Of a stretch of DNA of 64,000 bases, positions 39,301 through 52,500 are shown one piece after another; the first letter of the stretch is position 1, and each line of letters starts with the position of its first letter. The DNA is taken from the NCBI GenBank assembly GCA_040954595.2, contig CM082586.2, positions 1,245,124-1,309,123 on the forward strand, in the 5' to 3' direction. The translations under genes were made by a program, and so were the position numbers. This stretch comes from Balanoglossus misakiensis. Taxonomy: Eukaryota; Animalia; Hemichordata. The notes beneath the pieces are model-generated. The model had not been told where the DNA came from. It did not search any database and worked only from the letters and a program-made list of their open reading frames with translations.

Positions 39301-41939
39301 GAGAAAAGATGGAAATTTCCTCCCATATATCAAAAAAGATATATACCATTATGTCCAAACTTTGACAAATTGTCTTTCATATTCTGTGGTTTAATTTCTA
39401 AAGAAGATCTTTTTCAATACATTTAATACTTTATTAATCCATGTTGGAAAAATTGTTACATCTGGAAACTAGGTGGTTCTCCCCAAAGCAAGCAACTGAC
39501 ACTTGGTTTGTCTATAAACGGTTCTTGCCAATTACAATGTAGCGTACTTGTAAGGTACGATTTCCTCTGAGGAAGAGTGAGACATTTAGATGAATAAAAT
39601 ATATCGATCAAACTCCTCTGCATCAATACACTGTTCACACAGCTGTTTAATTACCCTGAGACAGTCGGAAGTCTTTAAACCATCCAGTGGGCAGTGAGAA
39701 AATTAGAAATGATCAACAAATGAAATGATAACGGGGCAGCTAATTTGAAAGTCACGATGTGAACTATGATGGCCGATGCCACATGTTCGTGTCAGTTTGT
39801 GCTACTTAACACCGGCTCTGAGCTGGTGCAATGTCACTGAACTACAGTCCTTTCCACACTTTTGAAAAAAAAGCACGGATGGCAGAAAAAAAAACTGGGT
39901 TGTTGAACTCTGTAACAGCATTCAGGGGATTATAGCCTCATGTACACCACGTAGCGTGATGCGTGGGTGGGATGAAAAAGTAGCAGTTTTTTAACAGATG
40001 ATTCTGAGCCGTGTACGTAATTAGAAAACATTAACAATCATTATGCTAAAACGGACAGAAACGACTGATGCTGAATTGGAGATGAACGGCCGATGTGCGC
40101 TTGGCGCTAACATACTGCACCCTGGGGTTGCAGGAATTCAAAAGACAGGCAGGACAGACGTCATGATCAACATCGACGGTGGTGGTACTGGCACAGCAGC
40201 TTATCAGAGCCATCATCAGCCACGCTAACAACAGTATTCTCTTTAGGACTTCAAGATAAAACACTATTGCACATCAAGTAGTAGGGGAAAACATCACTGA
40301 TAGGATCTTTGCATTCGCTGTTTGAAGAAAACCCAACATCCAACTATTTTATATAATCTTTCTCCTCTTATCATTTGTGACAATATTTGTGGTATGCTAT
40401 TATAAAAACTCAGACTCTACACAATTTTCAAAATGTAAAATCAACATACTGTAATTATACAAGGGGCATAAAAAGCCCCTTCTGCAGATTCTCATACTGC
40501 TTTTAATCTTTCATGTAGCCACATGTCCATGTCAATTGTCATTATAGAAAGAAAATGATTTTTTTCTAATGTACTTTGACAAATTATATTTATTCATTGC
40601 TGAGTGTACCAGTATTCAGTAAATTTATGTTTGTCATGATCAAAAGAAGTAATTGTGAACACCAGTTGCGTCAATATCACTCCCTGTAATTATAAAAAAG
40701 TCATTTACGTTTAGACTTCAACGTCATTTTGACGCACGAACACTACCTGGCCATATGCCGAAGTCATACATGCAGTACAAAAACGACAAATCAAGTTTCA
40801 ACAAATCCATCACAACCGGGTGAAAAATGGCGTTATTGTCAGCCAAGGGACAAAAAGATCCATCACAAACATGATTCACAGGCTATACATCCCAAGCTGT
40901 AAATCTACATAATAACTTCAGTGACACCTGCATCAATTTTAAGCAACTAGCCAATAAGATAGATACATATCAAACATGAAATATTACAAAATTTATATAT
41001 ATATGCTCATAAATTGTAGGCAAAGACTTGCATACATAACTTTCATGCATTCAAGGTTTCTGTACTGGTCAGCAATTGATGTTTTGAGCTGATATTTGAA
41101 CATTCAAAATGGCCGCACCAAACAGTTCAACTGTACATGTATTTCCTTTTGGTGAACACATTGAATTGTCGTCCTCAAAAATATTTCATTTCTCAAATTG
41201 AACAAAGGATGGTAAGATTTTAGTACGAAGCTTTTTCTTTCTGTTTTTTAGTTTTGTCCTTCAAGTATACCCTTAACACGTGTGAATCATCAAGTCATGA
41301 ATTTTCCGGTGCATTTTTACGACGTTACATGGCGTACTCCTCCAAAGCAAGCCCTCAGTGGTGGCTATATGTACATGAACTTCACACACACACGCAATCT
41401 GACTCAACCTCACTTGATCTCTCCCCTGGTATCAGCTGTTTCAACACCCAACACTGGGTCAAACCAGAACACAGCCAAGGTTACCGACAAAAGGAAAAAC
41501 AGACGTACACGCACACACAATAACAGTGGCAATACATCATACACATGCAGACACACCCACATGTATCTGTTTCAGTCACGACATCAATAATTTATAGATT
41601 ATCGTTCCTCAACAATTACCATCATTTCTATACATAAATGCGCCACTTACAAACATCTACCGGTACCGCTTAGTGTCACATACATGTAAACCATCTATTT
41701 TTAAATTTAATATTTTGACAGCGCAGTTTATAATTACAACTCGTGATATCAAACAATGTAAAATTATCTTTCAATATTCAGATAGCCACAAGCAAATGAT
41801 GATTTTCTTAAATTTCTGATGTAAATCTGTTTCATGTGTCACGCCCACACTCACTATTGTGTTTTATTCCCGTTTTATTGCCGTGCCTACAGTTCTAGAG
41901 GTTTGCAGATCTATTATTAATTATTAATGAAGGATGATT

Positions 41940-42153
41940 TTCCGGGAAACGGCATCCATGCATTCCCCAATGTGTTTTTCTAAACGGAAAGAGTGTCACT
42001 TGCCCAGGTGAACATTTAAGTACTACATGTACATAATCAGTTTTCCTGGAATAAGTTAGATTTTTTTCCCAGGACTTCCAAGTACTTTCCGGGAGGGGTT
42101 CAATGTTCCGGGACTTTCCAGGAGGATACAGGTGCACTAAGACTGTGGAACCC
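41940..42153. mobile_element. Degenerate MITE-like relic with TTCC(A/G)GGA(C) subrepeats; similar patches at about 43855-43925 and 46250-46555
   Basis: Recurrent TTTCCAGGAC/TTCCGGGAC motifs ending in CTGTGGAACCC, resembling a CAGGGTTCC-type terminus. No TSD resolved. Confidence 0.3.
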
Positions 42154-45100
42154 ATTCTGGGTATTCATACATGTAACAATTTCCCCTCCGCTATCCGGTC
42201 ACGTGCAGCAGCCATTTGCCTTGTTTAAACACCTGAGGGATATGACACACTTTACACTTGTGGGCCCACAGGTTTTTACACTTATGGCAAATGCACGTCT
42301 GCGAGACACTCTCCTCATATTTCATTTCCACTACAGTGACTATTTTGTTTGAGTGAACAAAATATTTCAAATGGGTAATTACACCAACCCACTTTTCCAT
42401 GCATTAATTTTCTCTGAAAGCAAGAATACTTTTTAACCATCCATTCCCCTGTGCCTCCTATGTGTCGCGAAGTGTGGACACGACACTTCTTTGAATTATA
42501 AAGGTTACACCTATGTTGAAATCTTGGAAGAAAACATGCTGCACTTTATCCTTCAAAAACAACAGATTTTCATAAACTTGTAATAAAAGTAGACCTTCCT
42601 TTCCCATGGTCACCCCTCCAATAAACAGTCACTTAATTGCTACAGATAAAAGATCAGTGAATATCCAATGAGGAGAGAGTTATCACGTATAGCAATCCTG
42701 AGGACACATATATGGTACTCATCCAACACATCTACTAAGATGACTTCTGCTGATTATGCACAGGGTGTTAAAAACAGAGCTCTAAAAACCAATGATTCAG
42801 CATATTACAGGAAACAGAACAACTTAATTATGACCCACATGAAAATAAAACAACCAAAGAAGAAAGACAACCTTTAAACCAAATTGTGTCAATTAAATTA
42901 CAACCAATCAAGTAAGGTTATCCCAGATTAATTTGTGAGGTTAAAATTTGTGTGCGGCACTGAGGGCCATGAACACAGCTTCTATATCTGCTTTGCTTTT
43001 ATTTTACTCAAACCAGCATCCAAACCCTCAAGGCCAGCAATGATGTCATCAACGGGAAATGTTCTACTCATTGATTTCATTGTAGGTCAACACAAACAGA
43101 CCAGCTTTATCTGATCGTAATCTGTATTCGCGGGTTTATGAGGGTTTCAAGTTAATTGCTGATCACCTCGACTGGCTGCGGATTTAACACTGTCTGTTGG
43201 CCATGGTGAGGACAAGGACAAGATAGTCGAAACTCTGTGATATTGAACTACAGCCCTGTTAGATACATTGCTGAAAAGACAAAATGGCAGACTCAGGAAA
43301 TTCTCCCCAAAAAGTTCATTTATATATTTGAAAATATTTAATTCAAAATAAGAAAATCTTGGTCCCTATGTACATTTTGGGAGAACTAAAACTGAATAAT
43401 TCAAATCCATCATCAGTATGTGACAGCGTGTGTCATACGAACATCGATAAAAAATATTAATGTCAAACATCATCCTTTGGCATTTACATAACTTGCATGC
43501 ATTTCAGAGTGGATAAATAGAATTAACATTAAATCCCTCGTACACACCCCACACATGGTAACGGCACACAAATCATCATCACAATTTACGAGAGTCGTGT
43601 CTTTTAATTTTGATATTTTTAGATCGTACATTACGGCTACATTATTAATGTTTTTGAATTCCATTGTCAGCTGTGTGAGCAAACGGTTTAACCTCTGTAC
43701 ACAGTAACCATCATAACGGGCTGAGATATTTTTATATTTTTAAATTTCTACATGTATGACAGAAAAATTAATATTTTTCTCCATCATTGACATTTTATAA
43801 AAGCATGGATGGTTGAATCAATTTTTTCCAGTCCTGTAAATATCCCTTTTACAGCATTTTCAAGGACATTACGACAGCGGTTTCAAATTCCGTGACTTTC
43901 TGAGACTATCCAGGGGTACACTAACCACGTAAGCGAGTTGAGTTGTAAACCGTACAAGTTATGACCTTTTATTTCCGGGATTATGAAAGCGAACACACTA
44001 GAAGTTATATCACCCAGACGAATTCAAATTCACGATGCGAGCTGCCAATAAGATCTGACAGTAAACTATTCAAAATGACATCAAACACTGCAATTTGCAT
44101 GATCTCTGATATTTCTTTATCAAAATATCTGTGGAATGCACATTTCGAAGCCATCTGTCAATGAAACTGACTAAATTTGTGACAGACTAGAAAATACTTG
44201 CGATTGAAAATGCTAGTTTCATTATCTTTTAGGAACTATTTTTGACACGTTATTAAAGTACAACATTATTCATTTACTGTAAGATTTTTGGCTTATTAGT
44301 CAGGAAGAGAAAAGGTGAAAAAATATTATAATTTCAATTTGACGACAAAAAATGACATCCTAATTTTCTTAAATCCAGATTACTAGTTATCCAACTGTGC
44401 ACTTATGTCGTTATGAAGACCTTCTCCAGAAAAAAAAATGGTGCATCAGCTGCAGTTTTACTGCGGGAGAAAATGTCACCGTGTGGAAATATCAGTTGTC
44501 GTGCGGTGTGATGAATTCTTGACATTTCTGAAGTAGACAGGAAGTGCACTAAAGGTCGCTTTTTCCCTGAGCGTTCACAAAATGTCCCCGTTTCCAGTTT
44601 CACCTAGAAGCCTTCGTGCTATTTTCGGTGGAAGATAGATAAAGGTCAATTGCTAGACCTGGTTACCTTGGGGCATATAAGAAAGCACTGTACCGTACAT
44701 TCTCTGTGAAAGTACGTTACGTGCGCTGACCGGCACATATATGTCACCAGCCACCTCAGAGATGCAGTCATCCAATCAGAGAGCTCGTATTATAAAAATC
44801 ATACATATTCATCTGGAAACAGCACCTTCCCTGGCTGATGTATGGCATGCCACCCATTTTTCCCCAAAATTCTTAAGTTTCTAAGATGATTTCATCTGTG
44901 TTGCTATAAGGATAAAGATAAAGGTTGACTGAAAAATATAAATTTTACATAAGCGTAGTGCTCATCTCAATGTTGGAGTGTTTACCTGGGGTGTGGTTGC
45001 ACTGCAATTAACTGGATTAAATATCAACTTATCAATTACACAAAGTTATTAATTTTTATCATCCCTGGAATTTTCTGTCAAAATAGATCAACCTGTGGAA

Positions 45101-48100
45101 CAACAAATGTCTTTCGACAAATTAATGTCATGCAGATCAGATATCCTTAATTAGCCGACTTTCAAAGTCGACATATATCTCACCTGGAATTGGAATTCTG
45201 GAAGTGTCTCTGGAAAGATGATTTGAGAGTTCTCCAAAGAGAATTCTCAAATCAATTTAAGAATTCTCGGAAAAGTGAAAAAAAAGGCAGGATGAGAAAG
45301 AGCAGGAAGCGCAAAAAGAGGAAGGAAGTGTGAGTCGATAAAAGATGTCCATACAATAAGACAGATGCTAGGGAATATATATCTCTCACTGGGAATGTGT
45401 GAAGACTGCAATTCCTAAACTTGGACATGATCTAGAACGACAGGGTGTGTGTGTGTGGGGGGGGGGGGGGGGGTTGAAATTGCCAACTGAAACAGAAACC
45501 ACAAGAGGTCATGTACCAAAAGTAGATATCACACAGAATTCTACAAGAATTAATCAATACCCAGGGGGAAATTATTAGCAGAACACACAATGAATCTCAT
45601 GAGAGGTATAGCACATGTCATGTACCCTCTCCATCTATCATTACAGTTTCATTCCCCTCATGATCACTTTCATCTCCCCTCCGTCAACTCACTGGAGCAA
45701 AGAAACAACTGACTATCAAACATGGGTTGACAGGGCACCGTTTATTCACTCATTGCCCGAAACAAAAAGCCGATGATTAACGAAATGGAAATGATCGATA
45801 ATAAAAACTAGGTTTGATATATCGACTGAGTGTTATGTCACGTCGTCAGGGGGTTTGCAGTTCTTTCTAGAAGAACTGGCCCTGTCAAGCACAGCTGTCG
45901 ACTTCACTCTACGTGACTGATAGACGTACTTTGGTGTAGCTTCATTTAGCATCATAAGAATATGTAGCCGTAGGTCTCAATATTAAATCATATCAACGTG
46001 TCATTTCTTTTGAACTCTGAATGATAAATTGGCCTTATATATCAACTTGCCTTAAAAACCCTTTAGAAATAAACTTAATTTAGACTTAACATGGGCAACA
46101 ATTATTTTAAAATTAAATGCCACTGTTTTCTGGGACGTTGTTTAGAATAATCTCTTCTGTGCGAAAGGCTAGAAAAAAATCTGGTGCCTTCGGAGCTTTA
46201 TATAAGTTTATGTAGATCTATCTTACATCCTTGACAGAATTAGGAAAATCAGGTTTTCTTTCACAAGTGACAAATTTCACTCAATGCTTCAGGATGTTCC
46301 AAGATGTTTTTAATCAGCTGCCAAGGACAATTTTGAGGTCAAAAAAGTCATTTCCTTGATTGTACAATCATAAGGCAATTATTGGCACAGTTCGAGCAAC
46401 TATGCAAAAGATTTTCACATTTCACAGAATCATCAGACAATTAGTCAAGAAATCAATTATCAAGGACTCTCCAGGGGTAAATTTCATTTTTCAAGGAGTT
46501 CTGAGGACATTCCAGGAGTGGTTTTTGAGATTCCGGGATGGTCAACTACTTCCCGAACACACACACAAACCTCACAACACAATTTTCTCCGCAATCATTT
46601 TTATTTGATAAAAAGCACTCAGGGTCAAGGTTATCTGCAACACACAAAAAGCAGCCACTTCACAATTTCATTACCACAGGATTTACACTTCCTTGAGTTG
46701 ACACTTTCAACTGAAATGGAGCTGAACAAATCAACCATGAGGACTCAACGTGGCTTTAAACCCACAAAGTACAAAGTGCACTTTTCACAAACAAGACTTG
46801 CGTTTCCAAGAGTCAGACAAATACAAAACAGCGGATGTAAAAATATCAATGCTGCTGAAATGGCTTTGGAATTGGGATTTTCATTTAACACGGACAGAAA
46901 ATAATTCTGTTGACTTACTGGTGCTCAAATTTGTGAAATGGTTCTCTCTCCGTGAAAATATGCCAATGCTGTATAATAACGCAGAATCACTATGTTCAGA
47001 TATTCATTTGTAATCTGACCCGCAGATTTCAATATGTGCTCAGAAAAAGAAAATAACCATATGTTCAAAGTGATTTATAAACATTTGCAGAAAAAAATCT
47101 GCAACAGATGCTTGATGTCCCGATATGGCGCACTCGCCACCGATAGAACCATGCCCTGCCTGCAATTGGACACGTGTCAGACACGACAAGGGCGGGTGGC
47201 GATAATGATTTATGGACTGGCATATAAAGTTTGGATGTGTATGTACATGCGACATCCAATTCAACACTTGACCTTCAGAGGTCTGACTCACCATTCCTCA
47301 GTCACTCAAGAGATATATCCTCCATCTGTCATGCATGATCACCATAGCGACAGATGTAGAATTGACATCTCCGTGCTACAAGACAATTCAACCTGACAGC
47401 TAAAGCCTATCCTTGTAGTTACTGAATATACACAGTTCCAAGCTCTTACCCTAGGGCATTTTAGCAAAGTATGGGGAGTAGAATAAAGAAACTCAGACCA
47501 CACAAATGGCTCCATATGCTTTATTACATGGTGTACACACATTTTTCTAATTTCCCTCAACCTTGGCACATGACAGGCCCAGTATACATATTACATGCTA
47601 TAGTCTCTCTCGAAGCAATCAAACATGTGGTTGTTATATATAGCAAATCCATGCCAGTCAGCATGTCATCATATTGTACGTCTGTTAAATCCATATTTAA
47701 ACACCTGGCGTAGCAGTTTGCCAGTCGAAGGGTAAATCACAAAGTTTTTTTATGAGATCTCCCCTGTGTCGCACATGAAACCATCAACAAAATAAACTAA
47801 ATGTATGGCTTTGCTCACAGCTGGTTGTAATGTGCTGTAGGTTATATTTATCACATTACATAGTAGCAATAGGTCCACTGTTTTTGCATCAACAAATAAG
47901 ATGATTTATTTTTAACATATTTTTCGGGGTATCTCATGATGACAGCAATAACTTGGGTCTCCATGGAGCTGGGAACAAAATATCAAGCACGCGGATGATA
48001 GCTTTTGCATGTCAAAGGTCAATGCGGCTTACATTATGGATTTTACATCTCGCCATTGCATTGATCTCTTAAATATGAAGAAGAATTTCACGCTCAAATA

Positions 48101-49342
48101 TTGACATTTGATCTGAAAAGCATGAATTTGGAGCTTGAGCTCGTGGTGTGTAACTGTATTCATTACAAACATATCATGAAACCATACATCCCAAAATATA
48201 AATAACCAGCAAATAATTATTCTATCCATCTGGCACAGGTCAGCAATCACAAACACCTGGTGCCATTGATGTGGAAAGACAAAGAACCATGTCCAGGGCA
48301 TGTGTGCCTTTTTCCCCTCGGTGTTGAAATGCATATGTTACTACATTATAAATAGCGATGAATTTACAGCACGTGTCAACTGATACAGGACTGCTCATCT
48401 GCGAGATTACCCACAACCCCCCTCACTATCAGAAGATTACCCATCATCCCTCACTGGTGAAATAGGGACCAGTATCCATGTCAGAGTAACCCATTTCCTC
48501 TTTCTTATTCAAACACCTGTTAACATTTACACAGTACAGTCCCTACCAATGTTCCCCCATCACTGCAGTTTTTTAATCTCCCCTTCTAGACAAAAAAGTA
48601 CAAGGTGAGTTTATTGTACCAGAAGTTAATCACATCCACAAATACGCACAGCTCTTTCAATCAATTATGTTGCCATGGCCACCACACATATCACTACCTT
48701 GATAAAACAGCTGAGTCCCTGTGCATGGTGGCAGTTTTTGTGCAGCACTATAAACGCGGTCTATACGATGCGATTTTATTGAATTTACACTACCTTTAAC
48801 CTACTTTTTATGTTGATTCTAATTGTGCACAATCCATGAGTTAGTGCTGTGATAGTAGCAATGCTAGCTATTCTGTTCAAAGCTGCGTTAATGATTTCAA
48901 CTATCATCTCGAGCAAAATTAGAATAAATACTATGCGAAAAGATTGTAAAAGGGGCACTACATCTTTAATGAACAAGCTCTGATCTCTCTAAATGACCAT
49001 GTTATCCCTTGAATCCGAATATACTGTTTCTGGACAATTTAATTTAAGATTTGGTAGAACGAAACTGCGAGCCACGAAAATCTATCCGATAACTGAGGAT
49101 CAACTCATTTCTTATTCAATCTTAATGCTAGCCTTTGACTCTCACCTGCCGATGACTAAACCAGGTAGAGTTATCAGAGTTTATAGTAGATAACTGAGAA
49201 CAGAAAGACCGACTGGATGAATCACTCTTATTTTATCGTCTTTCACGGCTTTCAGCTGCAGGCATTCTCTTTACTTTCACTTCGAAAATTGCAAATGGCT
49301 ATGAATGAGATGTGAGCTACAGGGCTGCATCATGCCTGTACA

Positions 49343-49583
49343 CTCTGTCTGTCTGTCTCTCTCTGTCTCTCTGCCTCCCTCCCTCCCCCTCTCTCCCTCT
49401 CCCCCTCCCTCCCTCCCTCTCTTTCTCTCTCTGCCTCTCTGTCTCACTTTCTGTCTCCGTCTCTCTCTGTCTCTAAAAAACTATGAATGAATGAATGAAT
49501 GAATGAATGAATGAATGAATGAATGAATGAATGAATGAATGAATGAATGAATGAATGAATGAACGAACAAATGAATGAATGAA
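49343..49583. repeat. Compound simple repeat: CT/CCT-rich tract followed by (TGAA)n microsatellite
   Basis: Pyrimidine tract 49343-49474; (ATGA)n 49483-49583. Confidence 0.95.
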
Positions 49584-52500
49584 GGTCCTGCATTTTCACG
49601 GATGGGCGGATGGATGGATTGCTAGGAGGGCGAACGTCTAAACAGGTTGGCAGAATGGATGCATGGATGGATCATGGATACCCCGAGGCCATGAACTCTT
49701 TACGAACTCCATGGAGATGAACATCACTTTATCTGTCATGTTTAAATCCAAGGGTAAATGTTATCTTTTACAAATTTCCCAGGGGGGAATATGGCAGTTT
49801 AGACTTGCATATTACATGTAATTTAAGCACTCCAGTAAAAGCCACCCTCTCCCCAATCTCTCTCTAGTAAGTTCCTAATATTTTACGAATAATTTTTTTA
49901 AATTCTCTTTCAGGGGGTCAGTCACCTCTAGAAGCCAGAAAAATAAAATACCTGAAATGTATCACCATGACAACATCAAGAGGATAACGCCAATGATTGT
50001 GCAATCCGAAAGTGTGAGTCACAAAAAAATCCACTCACATCCCATACAGTGGAAACTTGGTAAACAAATTTGTGAGATCTTAAGATGAATCATTTCCCTA
50101 GACTACATCCGGTCTTGCATGCGTGCACCGGTACTGCACACCGTGGACTTGCTTCTCAGGTGAAAAAATGAAAAACACTTACAATTTGATCAGTCGTACT
50201 TACTCCTTACAGACATAAGTGTGTGAAAATTTTATTTGGATGAATCTGATGTTCGTCCGATGAGTGGGTATACTATTTCCTGGCAGGAAATGTGTACATG
50301 TTTATATGGTGTGCTTGGATCTACGAAACATAGGTGGGGTGACCCTATAAATCCAACATTACATCATAAAATGCATCCTTCCGCCTTAAAATTTACTGTG
50401 ATATATAAATCTTTAGTACACTGTGCTGGAAGTAGCTTCTAAATGAATCAGTAAATGAGAAGAAAAAAATTACATCCACTCACAGAAACAGAAATGAGAC
50501 TTTGTTGGCACAAAGTGTTTGCATCAGGCAAGAATAATCTTTCCTAATATCATATCAGAAATATCTGTGGCATGCATTTGCCCGTTTTTTTCCCCAGAAA
50601 TATTTTAACTGCGTAAGCGATAAGGAGGATTAATGGTCTCCTCCCGACTCAAAAACACAGAAACAAATCTCTTATCTCTGCAGATTACCACGCCAAAACA
50701 TACCAGCAGCATTTAGAGTTCATGACATTTTGAATACGACATCAAAAAATCATTTTCTGTAATATTTGATAAGTCTACAGTCTTCGTGTATAGACTAATA
50801 TCTTACTGAATATTCATGAAGCATGCATATTTGCATATCTTGAAATTTGGGGAGATAGTGCCTTTCCGTTGGAAATATAATCTCAAAATTAAAACATGCA
50901 TTCCATACATGTAGAATTATATTACGACTCTGTTTAAAGTGACGTTGTACAATATCGATCAATACTACACCACATATAAGTCACAAATGAATGGCAGAAT
51001 GGTATGCTAATGGCAAATTCTCATTTGTTGAGCTGATATGACAAATATTTGCATTTAGGATCGGAGGAATTTCATTTGTTTTTGATTCATTAAGGTTACA
51101 CTTGTTTCTGTCAAGATGACTTTTGAAGTTATGTACGGCAGTATGCAAATATGCAGTGACAATTAATTATATTGACTTTCTCTCTCCTACTTTGCAGATA
51201 GAAGTGTCAAAAAAGTACATTTTTTAGATTTTGATATCCAGCAGCAAATTGGCTTATAACTTTGATGATAAACTTCCAAAGTTCTAAGCTCTTGCTAAAT
51301 GAACCGATAGCCCTATCCTTCACTGCGACAGACAGACATATAATGTCACCCATCTGAATACAGTATGGTCAACAAAATAAACACAGCAGCTGACCAGCTT
51401 TATAGTGTTTGGGTGCAACCATTGTTTGGGCAAATATTGTAATTGGATGACAATTACACACACTTGATGATCATTTCAAGAGTGGGTAGGGTTTACACAA
51501 GGGTTGTAAACTTCTCACCTAATCATTTTGTCAAAAAAACAATACATTATGGTCTTTGTATATAAATTTACAATATACATACCAGTCTTGTAGTGGTGCT
51601 GTATCAACAATGGAATGGAGTATAGGTACACCCATTTTAATCTTTAATATTCACGGCCCAGGTACACTGTAGAATTGTCAAATTCCTATATTTTTTAAGC
51701 AATTTTACAACTAAAAGTGGGTCAATTGCACAGCCGTATACCTTTGCATACATGTACATGTAGTGTGGATAATGTTCTTGAGTCACCAGTGAGTTTGTTG
51801 AGTCAGTGGCGCATCATATGGGCTTAGAGGGCACACAGGAAAGAGAACCATCCCCCAACATCACTGAGGAATTTAATTTCAGCCGAATCCATTAAAAGCA
51901 CTACTGCACTCCATGATAATTGCCCCTTTTAAGACTAATTAATTAATTCCGGAAATAGGGAGTGGGTGTTTGGTGATGTGCATGCTGGCTGTAAATTAAT
52001 TAATTACAAATATTCATGAAACAACTTTGTAAATGTGACTGTGGGGGCTTTAAATACCAATTTGTCAGTGAAAGTTGATTTTCCACTTTTGGGTAAACAA
52101 AAACTAAAGGCACCGCCCATACAATAATGACTCTGTGGGTTGAGTAATTGGTCTCAAGTACACTGTACTTTGGCTGCTCTGGCAACAAGGCAAGCTGGGA
52201 AATCTAAAACTGTATGGTTGGCATGGAAACAACAATGCTGCAGACAAATCTGGATGTCGGACTTGCCAAACCTCACCCACATGATGAAAAGCTTCACGCA
52301 CATCAGGATATTGTTTGGGTTTGCCTTTACTTGCCGTTTCATAAAACACACTTTGCTCTTTTTTCTTTCAACCGCACCTACGAAGGACATTTGCAAGAAA
52401 AGAACACCTGGCCAACTCTAATCAAGGTAATCATACCAGGGTTGTTCCTGTAAACACCAATAAACGCGAATCTTCCACGCATGAATTATCTCGGGCCTGG

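Noticed and set aside
40046-40264. Cys-rich ORF (MMALISCC...) as another RIM first exon
   Set aside because: Only a weak phase-2 donor (CA|GTATGT) is available; insufficient support.
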